A stretch of 64,000 nucleotides of DNA from Malacoraja senta (lineage: Eukaryota), in the NCBI GenBank assembly GCA_038087875.1, contig CM075998.1, positions 6,574,001-6,638,000 on the forward strand. Reading direction: 5' to 3'. A model generated the notes under the pieces. That model did no database searches, was not told where the DNA came from, and was given only the letters and a program-made list of their open reading frames with translations. This document shows positions 50,323 to 62,294 of the stretch, one piece after another. The number at the start of each line of letters is the position of its first letter. The first letter of the stretch is position 1. A program made the position numbers and the translations under genes.

Positions 50323-52322
50323 GTAGGTGGCAAAAAACACACCTACAGTTGGTACTTGAATTATTCTTTATGCTGAAGAGCAGTGTTCATGTAAGGAATT
50401 GGAACAGCTAGTATCAGCACTAAGATTGCCCATGTCTGATCCTGTCCGGACAATCCAAGAAAAGCAACCCGGGTTATTGATGGAGATGACTTCTATTTTC
50501 TGCTCCAACTGTCCTCATTGCGTTTCTGGGTGATATTGCCAAGTAGCATAAATGCACATTTTAAAGTGTTTCTAGATATATAGCAACAAATGAAGCTGGA
50601 GGAACTGAGTGTATTGAGCAGCATCTGTGGCTGGAAAGGAGCGGTCAACGTTTTGGGTCAAAACTCTGCATCAGGTCTGGGATATATATGGATCTATGAC
50701 TGAATTCCAGACTGAAACTGCGCCAAGCAACAATGAAATGCGATTGAAAACTAAATAACCTTGGGCTCTTCATATAGAGTGGACATCTTCATTTAAAGAA
50801 GTCCAGCTGTGTGGATAGGAATTCTGCTGTTTAATAGCTTAGTTTATTAGTTTAGTTTAGTTTATTCTACAGTATATTGAAAAGCTACCATTTATTTTCA
50901 AATGTTTTATTCAACCTCTTTTTTGAAGTTACAATTTTAGTAGCTCTAAATGTTTGTGCGAATAAATTTGCAAAAGAATCTTCTGAAGATCATGATGACC
51001 CTATATTTGTTCCCGTGTCTTGGACAGTACTGAAAGTAATTGTATCACTTGGTTTGCAACCAATCCCAAACATTTTTTGTTGTCTCCATCTCTGCCTCTC
51101 TGCAATTGACCATGCACAGTTTCTCATTTTTCCAGCTCTGGTAAATGGACCCAAAACAAGAACTATTTCTCCACCTGCTGAGTATTTCCGTAATTTTCTG
51201 TTTGTATTTTAGACAATGGTAGGGTGGGGACAAGGGGTGCGGTGATTGCTGGCTGAGTCAATGGTTGGGTGGTGGTGAGCAGATTGTGGAGCAGGGAGCA
51301 AGAGAAGGAATAGAGGTGTGATGAGCAATCATAAAAGTTAAAGAAGGAACTTGTCTAGTGGAAGATAGAAGCTTCTGACTATAGTGGCCCAGGTAGGGTG
51401 GAACCTTTAACCAGCCAACTCCAGTTAAAACCTGCTTTCTAGATCTGGGGAGCTTGTGGACACAACTGAATTTTGTTTCAGTAATGTTTAACTAGCAGAG
51501 ATGTCAACTGGCATGTTTTCACATGCCTAGCAGCCTTTCAGCACTAACAAGTCATGCACATGGGTGTGCCAAGATCAATTTTGGCACATCGTTTTCTGCT
51601 TCAAGCATTGAAAAGGTCCTCCTCCTATGCCCTTGGGTTATTGGCTGTCTTCTTGTTTAACCTATCGTGCTGTAAATATTGCTTCCTTTGTTTCATAGAA
51701 AATCCCAGATGAATTCAATTCTGCTTGCACCTAAAATTCTCCAGCTGTGGTTGCATCCTCGTGAATCTCTTGTGGACTGTCTCAGTGTGGTGATCACACC
51801 TGTATATAGCAACATTTGTCCAGCTCCAGCATGACCACCCTGTTCTTTCCTCATTGCCCTATTCCTTAAAGCCAATAAAAGCAAGTATGCCACTTGCCAC
51901 TTTAAACGCAATCCCGATGGAGAGTCCCACTCACTTTGTTGCATTCCAGATGTTGGGATTACGGTTATTTTGCAAAGACTGGGAAATACTGTGGAAGGTG
52001 AACAATTGATCGTGTTTCACGTGGGAGCCAAGGACACGGGAAATGTTTCCTGTAATAAATTTGAAAATTAGGAATCCGCACTTAAAAGAACAGTCATCTG
52101 CAGATAAAGGGGTGGAGTCAGGGTGAAGGTATTTTGCTGATCTCTGGGCCAACCGTAGGAGTTTGGGATAAGTGCGTGTTTCCACAAGGATGGGCTACAG
52201 CTGAACTGGAAGGGGGGGATAATAAGCTGGGAAGAGATTAAACAGAGAGAACAAATCAATTAACTGAAGAGTGAGCAGCCGGGGGGAAAAAGTCATCCAT
52301 AAACATAAACTGATGGTAGAAA

Positions 52323-52987
52323 TTGGCACTTTAATCGTAGAAATAAAAGGTCGTCAGGGCTTTGATGCAGATGAAGTAAAAATTGAGGTGAGAAATCAAG
52401 TGAACTGTTACAGGCAGGGAGAAGAGCAAGATAGCACAATGAGGTGTTATTTTGGGCAAAATACCTGAGGGAAAAGGAGTAGCTTTAAATACTAACTTGG
52501 TAAAAGACAAAGAGCTTGTTTTGTAAGTCTTGAAGTGTGGGAAGTAAACTGGGGGTGTTTGAAACAACGACGTCACAGGAAGATGTAGATTTTAAACCAC
52601 AAACAGAAACTTGGCAGCAACGTAAGGAGGAGTGGAAAATATACAGACCTGGCAGAGCATTATTTGGAGGGATGGACGAGGTAGGAAAGGAGGGGAGGAG
52701 TTGGCAGCATTGGTGAAGACCACCTTGGACAGGATTGACATACACCAAGGAAATGCAGATAGACTCAGTATGGTGGGACACCACAGATACAAGGAAACTT
52801 TTACATTTGTGGGATTGTGCTCGGGAACTAATTGTGGAAGGGAAATGGCAGCGGAAATCAGTAAACAGAGCAAGGAAATGACAAAGTTCCAGGAGTCCTA
52901 ATGAGCCAGTTGTTGTAGGGCACAGGGAAGGAATAAACCAGAAAATGGAATTCCTGCTACGTGTCGATCTCCGTCCTAGAACAGTGA
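52323..52987 (+). repeat. Uninterrupted copy of the triplicated segment, inside an old CR1 remnant
   Basis: Single GAATTCCTGCT at 52948-52958. Upstream HKDGLQLNWKG (~52183) resembles the ORF1 end, and internal RDGRGRKGG resembles the EN start. Confidence 0.85.
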
Positions 52988-53969
52988 GTCCGTGTTGTGA
53001 CAAAACAAGAGGCTTGATTAGATCCCATGATAGTGATGCAACTGATCAGATAAATGACTTCAAATGCGGTAAGCACTGGAAAAACGTGCTTAAAGGTCAA
53101 ATCAAAGAGGACATGTTAGCATCAGAGGATGATTTTGGCAAGGCAAGTGCATTGGTTTCAGAAACTGGAGATAAAAATGTTGAAGTGAATTGTACCTGGA
53201 ACCTGTAGGTTTGATGAAAGATAATTGAAAAGAATACCCAAAAGTCAGAATTTTATGCTACATTTAGATTTGTTTCAGTCCGCCTTTCCACCAAATGTTT
53301 ATGAATTGTCCTTTTGATATTTATAACATTCTCCATTTCATTGGTTTCTGATGAAAACGGATCCACATGTTTACTAATCCCTTTGTAAAGAGGTTCTGAC
53401 TTGACAAGGTATCCATCATTCATCCAATGCTGCTGATTCCAGCAAAAAAAGACGCAAGATGCTGGAGTAGCGCTGCGGGTCAGGCAGCATCCCTGGAGAA
53501 GGTTGAAATTTGCAGGTGTTGTTCAACGTCATTAGTTTCGGCATATATGGAACGGAACGGAGTCTTTTCTAAAGTACGAGCTGGTAACCCTTGGGATTCA
53601 GGGGGAATTGATTGCTTCATTTGAATCAGAGAAAAATGAACATGCCGATAAAACACTGAAGAAGGGTCCCGACCAGAAAGGTCACCTATCCTTTTCATCC
53701 CGAGATGCTGCCTGACCTGCTGAGTTACTCCAGCACTTTGTGTCTCCCTTTGGTATAAATCGGCATCTGCAGTTCTTTGTTTCTACATGTAGATACAACA
53801 AATTATTAGCAAGGAAAATAACACATTAGTTTTTAATCACAAGGGGGTTGCTGTGAAAGAGTAGGGAAATCTATCTTCAATTATTTAGGGCTCTGGGGAG
53901 GCCATAGCTAACGTACTGAACCCATTTTTCAATTTCCTGGGAATCCATGTTGATTATGAAACATCCATC

Positions 53970-54354
53970 TACACATATAAGATTGTTAAGGGTTTGGACA
54001 CGCTAGAGGCAGGAAACATGTTCCCGATGTTGGGGGAGATCAGAACCAGGGGCTGCAGTTTAAGAATAAGGGGTAAGCCATTTAGAACGGAGACGAGGAA
54101 ACACTTTTTCACACAGAGAGTTGTGAGTCTGTGGAATTCTTTGCCTCAGAGGGCGGTGGAGGCCGGTTCTCTGGATACTTTCAAGAGAGAGCTAGATAGG
54201 GCTCTTAAAGATAGCGGAGTCAGGGGATATGGGGAGAAGGCAGGAACGGGGTACTGATTGTGGATGATCAGCCATGATCATATTGAATGGCGGTGCTGGC
54301 TCGAAGGGCCGAAGGGCCGAATGGCCTACTCCTGCACCTATTGTCTATTGTCTA
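53970..54354 (+). mobile_element. CR1 3' fragment
   Basis: Near-identical to 28670-29043, with a (TATTGTC)n tail. Confidence 0.9.
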
Positions 54355-54978
54355 CATGAATCCGGCACAAATCCCATGTTTCCTTCCACATCTCCACTAA
54401 CTCCATCCACAACTCCATGCACCATTGTCCTCTCTCAACTATCCCATACACGCTGAAACTAATGACGCTGAACAACACCTGCAAATTTCCATGCTTTCAA
54501 ATTTGCAGAAAGCTCTAGACTCCTGCTACTTCTAGATTTCTGCTGTTTAATCCAAACACTACATTATATTGCAGCAATGGAATATGAAAGTAATGGTCAA
54601 TTATTAGTGTTCATTCTTTCTGATGAATATAGTGAATAATTTTTGATGTACTGACATTAAAATTCACCACCACCACCTTTGTACAGTGGCGTGTTTGGGT
54701 CAAACACTATGGAAAGCTCACAACATCATGCAAAGATCTGTACAATAACTCTGTGGGCTTTTGGCACATTGTACAAGTTCCAGCTTTTTGAAAGATCTCT
54801 TAGTCCTACCTCTCTATCCCTTTCAAGTATTTATCTAATTGACTTTAAAAGTCACTGCTGGATCAGCTTCCACCAGGCAGCATCTTTAGAGAACATTGAT
54901 AGGTGACGTTTCAAGTGCAGACTTTCAATTTCTAGTGTGTAGGGAGTGGATGAGAAATTGAAGAAGGGTCTCGACTTC

Positions 54979-55233
54979 AAACGTCACCTATCCATGTTCT
55001 CCACAGATGCTGCCTGACCCGCTGAGTTACTCCAGCACTCTGTGAAACGTCACCTATCCATGTTCTCCACAAATGCTGCCTGACCTGCTGAGTTACTCCA
55101 GCACTCTGTGAAACATCACCTATCCATGTTCTCCACAGATGCTGCCTGACCCGCTGAGTTACTCCAGCACTCTGTGAAACGTCACCTATCCATGTTCTCC
55201 ACAAATGCTGCCTGACCCGCTGAGTTACTCCAA
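54979..55233 (+). repeat. 66-bp tandem repeat (~3.9 units) derived from the PLE terminal repeat
   Basis: Units start at 54979, 55045, 55111 and 55177: AAACGTCACCTATCCATGTTCTCCACAGATGCTGCCTGACCCGCTGAGTTACTCCAGCACTCTGTG. Confidence 0.97.
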
Positions 55234-55444
55234 CTTTGTCTTTTTTTAATGTTATCAATTTGTCTGTCACCTTTAAAGATTTAAGTACATGAACCTACAG
55301 ATCTTTCCATCCCTGTGCTCCTGTTAAAATCTCACCATTTGCTTCTGCTCATTATTCAATTAAATAGTTTTGACACATTCAGTGCGAAAAGGTGCAATGC
55401 CACCATCTTTTATAGGGCCATTAGGGATGAGTCTTGAGTACAGT

Positions 55445-55733
55445 GACTCAGTTGCTGCGTCACAGCACCAAATATCTGGGTTCGACCCTGACCTCGGGTG
55501 CTCTCTGTCTGTATTGAGTTTGCACGTTCTCCCCGTGATTGCGTAGGTTTCCCCCGGGTGCACCAAACATCCAAACGACGTTGGTTTGTAGGTTAATTGG
55601 CCATCTGTAAACCAGGGAATGGACAGGAAAGTGGGGTAACATAGAACTAGTGTGAACGGGTGAGTAATGGTCGGTGTGGACTCAGTGGGCTGAAGGTCCT
55701 ATTTCTCTGCTGTATCTCTAAACTAAACTAAAC
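55445..55733 (+). mobile_element. HE1-type V-SINE
   Basis: B box GGTTCGACCC, V-domain, (TAAAC)n tail. Confidence 0.8.
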
Positions 55734-57779
55734 CTGCATGAAAGAATTTAAAGAAACATTAAACATTGTCCACCTCTCTGCCCCAACCCCTGACAACCAC
55801 TAACACTGCTACATTACAGTCAGCAAGCCCTTCCCTCTCGCTTCCTTTTCCAGCCTCCCTCCCTCCAAATCCCCGCCGCGAGCTATTCTACCCGTGCTCT
55901 AGTGCCGCCTTTCCCATAACCGGTTGCATTTACTATTCATCATTCTCGCTGCCTGTTTACAAAACAGCCAGTCCACTTCATGGCGCACTGTGCCCAACAC
56001 AAGGCGTCTCAAGGGGGGAGATAATAACAAAGATAAAGTTGGCCAATTTAATCACTGGGTTGCCAGCTGGGAACTTTGAACTATTATCTTGTGCCAAGTC
56101 AAATTCTACATTTTCATCAGCGAGTATATATTTGGAAGTTGAGGTGGAGATCACTCGTGATCTGATTAATTAGTGGAACAAGATTGAGTTCAATGGTTTC
56201 CTCTTATTCTTGTGATGTTATGAATGGAAAAGAAAATTGGCTACAGACTTTCTAGGCATTAGCAAAAAGATGCCTTTGGAAAAATAAACATCATGCTTTC
56301 CGATTTTCTTACCACTTTCTGCTAAAATATCATCCTATTTATTTTTGCAGTATCGCATTTTATACAGTGGAAAATATTGCAGTACTTTTGATTTTGACAG
56401 GTTCCCCTCTGACTGTTCTCCTCGCAAGTCTCTTTTACCAAGTACATTGTCTCCTGCTGTGATGTAATCTTACAGGTGACAGACTCCCACAACCAAACTG
56501 TGACAATAGTGACACCTTTCTAAAATGTCTCTAAAGTCCAGAGTACAGTTGTGTAGCACGGTCATGCAGGTTACTGACTCCAGCTGTGATCGAGTTGCAG
56601 TGACTACCTCTTGCTGCAAAATAGTGCCCAAGTTTACTGATGAGACAAAACTTAATGGGAAAGTAAGTTGTAAGGATGACAAGAAGAGATATAGGTGGGT
56701 TACAGGAGCAGCCAAATGGAATACGGAGTGGTGAAACAAGAGGTTATACACATTAAGTTAAGTGAGATGTTAGCATGGAATAGATACAGTAAATGCAGAG
56801 TCTTTTACCCAAAATAGGTGAATAAAGAATCAGGGGACATAAGTTTAAAGTGAGATGGGCAAGATGTAATAGGAACCCGAGAGGTAACTTTTTCACACAG
56901 AGGGTGGTGGGTGTATGGAACAAAATGCCTGGGGAGGTAGTTGAGGCTGGGACTATCACATTAAAAAAACATTTGGATAGGTACATGGATAGGACAGGTT
57001 CAGAGGGATATGAGCCAAATGCAGGCAAGTGGGACTAGTGAAGTTAGGGCATGTTTGTTGGCGTGGGCAAGTTGGGCCGAAGAGCTTGTTCCCACGCTGT
57101 AACTCTAAGCCATGGCTGATAGTTCTGTAAATTGCCCCTAGTGTGTAGGGAATGGATGAGAAAGTAGGATAACATAGAACTAGTGTGAAAGGGTGATCAA
57201 TGGTCAGCACGGACTCAGTGGGCCAAAGGGCCTGTTTCCATGCTGTATCTTTAAACTAAACAAATATTTCTTTAATACTCAGTAGCCTGGACTATATAAC
57301 CTCACTCTTCCCTTTTAACCAATTTTCTGCTTTCAACATGTTGGGGTCCTGTTGCACCAGTGATTTCTGCTGGGGGGTGCTGTTGTGTAGATTAATGAGT
57401 GGTTCTTGCTCTGGAGTCGGAGAGGGTATATTTAGTTGAAGAGTTTCTACTTTTACACTTGGGTGCTGAAGTGGTTTTAGAGCAGCATTTCAAGTACTTT
57501 GATTCCGGTTCGCTGTGGGGACAGGAGTTGCTGAGGGCTGGTAATTGTCTATCTGGTGTTAGGATCATTGATGATTTAAGCAGGAACAAGGAACTCCAGA
57601 GAGCAAGAAGGGTCCCGACACGAAACATCCACCTACCCATGCTCCCCAAGCGGCCTTGAACTGCTGAGTTACTCCAGCACTTTGTGCCTTTAAAAATCAA
57701 TTTGGGAACCAGTTGCTGCAGCTGCTAGTTATATCTTGAGAACATTTCAGTAGCAGTAATCACTTCTTCCTTTGTGGGA

Positions 57780-58550
57780 CTCAAGAGTCAAGAGTGTTTT
57801 ATTGTCATATGTCCCAGATAGAACAATGAAATTCTTACTTGCTGCAGCACAACACAATATGTAAACATAATACACTGTAAACTATATAATAAACGAGAGA
57901 CAAAAAAGTTCAGTGTGTGTATATACACACACATATTCATATATATATACAGATCATATATATACATATATATAATATACACACACACACACACACACAA
58001 AACAAACAATAATCGTGTAATAATAACAATAATAGTCTGTGTAGTTCAGAGTTTATTTAAGGTTGTAGTGCTCAATAGCCTAATGGCTGGAGGGAAGTAG
58101 CTATTCCTGAACCTGGACTTTACAGTTTTCATGCTCCTGTACCTTCTTTCCGATGGCAGGGGTGGTGTGGGTCTCTGGCTGCCTTTTTGACTCAGGTAAA
58201 TCCCTTCGATGGTGGGGAGGTCCGAGTCGGTGATGGACCGGGCAGTGTTCACCGCTTTTTGCAGTGGTCTTCGCTCCTGAGCATTCAATTTGCCGAACCA
58301 GGCCGTGATGCAACCGGTCAAGATGCTCTCTACTGTACACCTGTAGATATTCAAGAGAATTCTGTCTGACATACCAAATCTCCGTAATCTTCTCGGGGAC
58401 TAGAGGCATTGATGTGCTTTCTTTATAATTACATCAGTGTGCTGGGTCCAGGAAAACTGTTCAGAAATATGCACTCCCAGGAATGAGAGGTTTTTGGCTC
58501 TCTCCACCATCGTCTCGTCGATATAAGTGGGATTGTGAGCCCTCATCCAG
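57780..58550 (-). mobile_element. Rex1/Babar 3' fragment
   Basis: FLGVHISE, YRCTVESILTGCITAWFG and SRFRNSYFP motifs. Related to 289-1000. Confidence 0.85.
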
Positions 58551-58580
58551 TAAATAGCTCGTTCTAAGCTTCCCCCCAGT

Positions 58581-59458
58581 CTAGTTTTGCTCAATAAAAT
58601 ACTGAGTCAAGCACTTGCGCATCTAAACTTTATTTTGGAAAAACACAATAACAGTTCCCCACTACTATACCTAACCACCGCGGGTTCGAACTTTGTATCT
58701 GCCTGGCCATGCCCTCCTAGCCTCGTGCAAGCAGAGACACTCCAGAAGGTCACGCAATAGACAATAGGTGCAGGGGGCCATTCGGCCCTTCGAGCCAGCA
58801 CCGCCATTCAATATGATCATGGCTGATCATCCCCAATCAGTACCCCGTTCCTGCCTTCTCCCCATATCCCCTGACTCCGCTATCTTTAAGAGCCCTATCT
58901 AGCTCTCTCTTGAAAGCATCCAGAGAACCTGCCTCCACCACCCTCTGAGGCAGAGAATTCCAGACTCACCACTCTCTGTGAGTAAAAGTGTTTCCTCGTC
59001 TCCGTTCTAAATGGCTTACCCCTTATTCTTAAACTGTGGCCCCTGGTTCTGGACTCCCCCAACATCGGGAACATGTTTCCTGCCTCTAGCGTGTCCAAAT
59101 CCTTAACAATCTTATATGTTTCAATAAGATCCCCTCTCACCCTTCTAAACTCCAGAGTGTACAAGCCCAGCCGCTCCATTCTCTCAGCATATGACAGTCC
59201 CGCCATCCCGGGAGTTAACCTTGTAAACGTACGCTGCACTCCCTCAATAGCAAGAATGTCCTTCCTCAAATTAGGGGACCAAAATTGCACACAATACTCC
59301 AGGTGTGGTCTCACTAGGGCTCTGTACAACTGCAATCCTAAGTGTTCTGTGTCGATGAGGACCTCGTGGGAGCAGCCTTTTATAGGCCCCCGAACCTTGA
59401 GGAGCCGAACCACATGGGGGTGGTCTCTATACAGTCCAATAACAGATATCAATTAACA
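58581..59458 (-). mobile_element. Probable solo LTR (~300 bp) split by a CR1 insertion
   Basis: 4-bp flanking repeat CAGT (58577-58580, 59459-59462). Minus strand starts TGTTAA and carries ATTGG, TATAAAA (59384-59378) and AATAAA (58634-58629). The 3' end is AG rather than CA. Confidence 0.55.
58759..59331 (-). mobile_element. CR1 3' fragment
   Basis: RPHLEYC to the tail, flanked by GCAAT (58754-58758, 59332-59336). Confidence 0.9.
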
Positions 59459-60689
59459 CAGTACATGATAGACATTTCCCAAACCCAATAATACAGTGAC
59501 TAATACAATGTATCTGACGAAGTTTCTAGATGCAAGTTAACAGAGATGAATTATGCAACATGTGCCTGGATATTCAAGAAACCCAGTCAAGGCTCAACAC
59601 TTAATCAAATCAACATCTAGCAAAGTAAAAGCTTTGCAACAATATTGACAGTGTGCATGTCTGGTTTGCATTCGCCCAATCCATTTCATGCAATTTACAC
59701 CTAATTGTCAGAATCTGCAGATGATCCATTCTTTCCCTGCAACTCTTATCTAGGCTCTAGACAAGCTGGCACCATGCTGCAGCTTGTCCCATTTCTGCAG
59801 AAGGCACATTTAAAATGACCAAATGGCCTAGCAGCCCAGAAGCCTTTACTCAATTTTAGTGTCATGGCATCTTCAATTTGGCCAGAATTAACAATTCTTC
59901 CTCTTCCAAAGTCCACTATTGGTTCCTTGGTCTTACTGACATTGAGAGCCAGGTTGTTGTGCTGGCACCATTTGGTCAGTCGATCGATCTCACTTCATTA
60001 CTCTGACTCATCACCATCTGTAATTCGTCCAACAACAGTGGTGTCGTCGGCGAACTGGAAGATGGAGTTTGCACTATGTCCGGCTACACAGTCATGAGTA
60101 TAGAGTGAGTAGAGCAAGGGGCTGCTCTGGTTTGGGTGAAGTTGGAACATGCTGAGCGAGTTAGTCCCTCTGGCTTCATATTTCATTTCTCTTTTGTCTC
60201 CTTTTCACCTCCAGCCTTTGTCGCATACTCCAACCATCTGCCTACGAACCCCCTCACCTGTATCCACCTATTACTTGCCAGGATTAATCCCATGCCCACT
60301 TCTTTTCCAGCTTTCTCCTCCCGGCGACTGCCATCAGTCTGGAGAAGGGTTCCGACTGCTATTCCCTTCCCAGATGCTGCCTGATCTGCTGTGTTCTCCC
60401 AGCACTCTGTGTTTTGCTTCAGATTTTGCCTCAGCTTGTGGACGCTTCTCCAGAAATGCTAAGGTGATTAAACCACCGTAGTCTGTCAAATTGACTTTCA
60501 GGCTTAACTGATCTCACTGTCGTGCATCTAATGTATTTGTTTCACTGCTCCACTGATGTCATGCAATCTTGTAGCCAGAGACAGACTTTAATCAGATGCC
60601 AGGGCCTGGAAGGGGTTCAGGAAGCAATGTGGTTTGAGTTGTAGTACAATATCTGATCTACTTTCCTGATGACGTCTGGTGGGCAAAGT

Positions 60690-60985
60690 TCATTTGAAGT
60701 GTAATGTAGAAAATGTAACAACTAATTAGCATATAGCAAAGTTCCACAAACAGCCAGGAATTAAATTGCTAACTGACTTGTTTCGGTGATGTCGATTGAA
60801 GAATAATTTTATGTTTGCTGCAGATTTGTTGTCCTTCAAATAGTTCTATCTTTTACCACCATTAGACCATCAGAGACAACTGAAAATGCCTCATCTGAAA
60901 GAGGCTCACTCCAACAGTGCAGTATTCATTCAGCACACTAATGGGAACGTGAATCTAAATTGCACGCTTAAATCCCTTGAGCGTG
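60690..60985 (-). mobile_element. Old Deu-domain SINE (SacSINE1/AmnSINE1-like)
   Basis: CTCATCTGAAAGA...CTCCAACAGTGCAG and AGCAAAGTTCCACAAACAGC resemble the reverse complement of the Deu core as I recall it. Confidence 0.55.
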
Positions 60986-61384
60986 AATCATATTCCAAGT
61001 CTATTTTCCAGCAAGATCACATTTCCTCCATAAATCCAAAATATAGAAATAATAACAATGCATACTTACATACAATTGTTTCCATAAACAGGATCCTGGC
61101 ATCACTAACAAGGCAACATTTATTGCCCATCATTAATTGACCCTTGTGAAGGTGACAGTGAGCTGCTGCCATGAACCTCTGCAGTCCTTTTGGTAAAGGT
61201 ATTCCTGCAGATGTGGGTGAGGACAAAGCGGCAGTGTGGCTGGGAATCTTCACTGATGAACAAAGACTAGAGGGGCAACTTGCCTATGCCTGCACACTAA
61301 TTCCCCCGCCCCTCTGCAGATGGGATCGTGCAGCAGGTCATACGATGTAAGGAAGGGAAAGCATGATGTGTTGGGTGCTGTTGA

Positions 61385-61680
61385 CAGTACAAACTGTGGG
61401 TTGGCCCAGTGACGCAGCGGTAGAGTTGCTGTCTCACAGCGCCAGAGACCCAGGTTCGATCCTGACTATGGGTGCTGTCTGTACAGAGTTTGTACGTTCT
61501 CCCCGTGACCTGCGTGGGTTTTCTCCAGGGCCACCAGCTTCCTCTAACACTCCAAAGATATGCAGGTTAATCGGCTTCGGTTAAATTGTCCCTGGTGTGT
61601 CGGATAGTGCTAATGTACGGGGTGATCGCTCGTTGCGGACGCAGTGGGCCGCAAAGCCTGTTTTTGCACTGAGTCTCTAA
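61385..61680 (+). mobile_element. HE1-type V-SINE within an old minus-strand CR1 tail (61080-61880)
   Basis: GCAGCGGTAGAGTTGCTG head, GGTTCGATCC B box, V-domain. Confidence 0.85.
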
Positions 61681-62294
61681 AGTATTCCCGCAGTGCTGTC
61701 AAAGTAGAGATTCCAGCTTTTAGACTCAGCAGTGATGAAGGGACATTGATTATATTTCCAAGTCAGGATGGTGTGTGACTTGGAGGGGAACCATCTCCTC
61801 CTCCTTGACAATATCGGGAGGTGCCGTTGAAGTAGCCTGGGTGAGTTGCCTGAATGTGCACCGTGCCTCAGAGTGGCCTGAATGTGCATCATTACTCAAA
61901 GTGGGTAAGTTGCTAGGTCTGGATTTCATATTTAAGATGCAAAAGGATAAAATAGAAAAGATTCAGCAGGTCAGGCTGCTTTTGTGAAGTGGGAACCATT
62001 CAGGTCAGTTAGATTATTGATTTTAAATAGCGACTATTTCTCCACTGATGCCACCTAACCAGATTATTTCCACAAGTAAGTGAAAATCAAAATGATTTTG
62101 ATCAAAAACAAATACAGAAGATGCGTGAAGACGCAAGGAACTGCAGATGCTGCTTTACAAAAAAGTAACTCAGCGGGTCAGGCAGCATCCCTGGAGAACA
62201 TGGATAGGTGATGTTTCAGGTCAGGGCCCCATCAGACTGAAGAAGGGTCCCGACCAGTGGAGTTACTCCAGCACTTTGTGTCTATTTAACAGAA

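Noticed and set aside
54979..55233. CRISPR-like array, or a repeat protein (ORF 54977-55270)
   Set aside because: No unique spacers and no cas genes, in a eukaryotic context. The 22-aa repeat is just the antisense reading of the 66-bp unit.
58895..59452. LTR-CR1 fusion protein
   Set aside because: Chance in-frame join; the start lies upstream of the putative TATA box.
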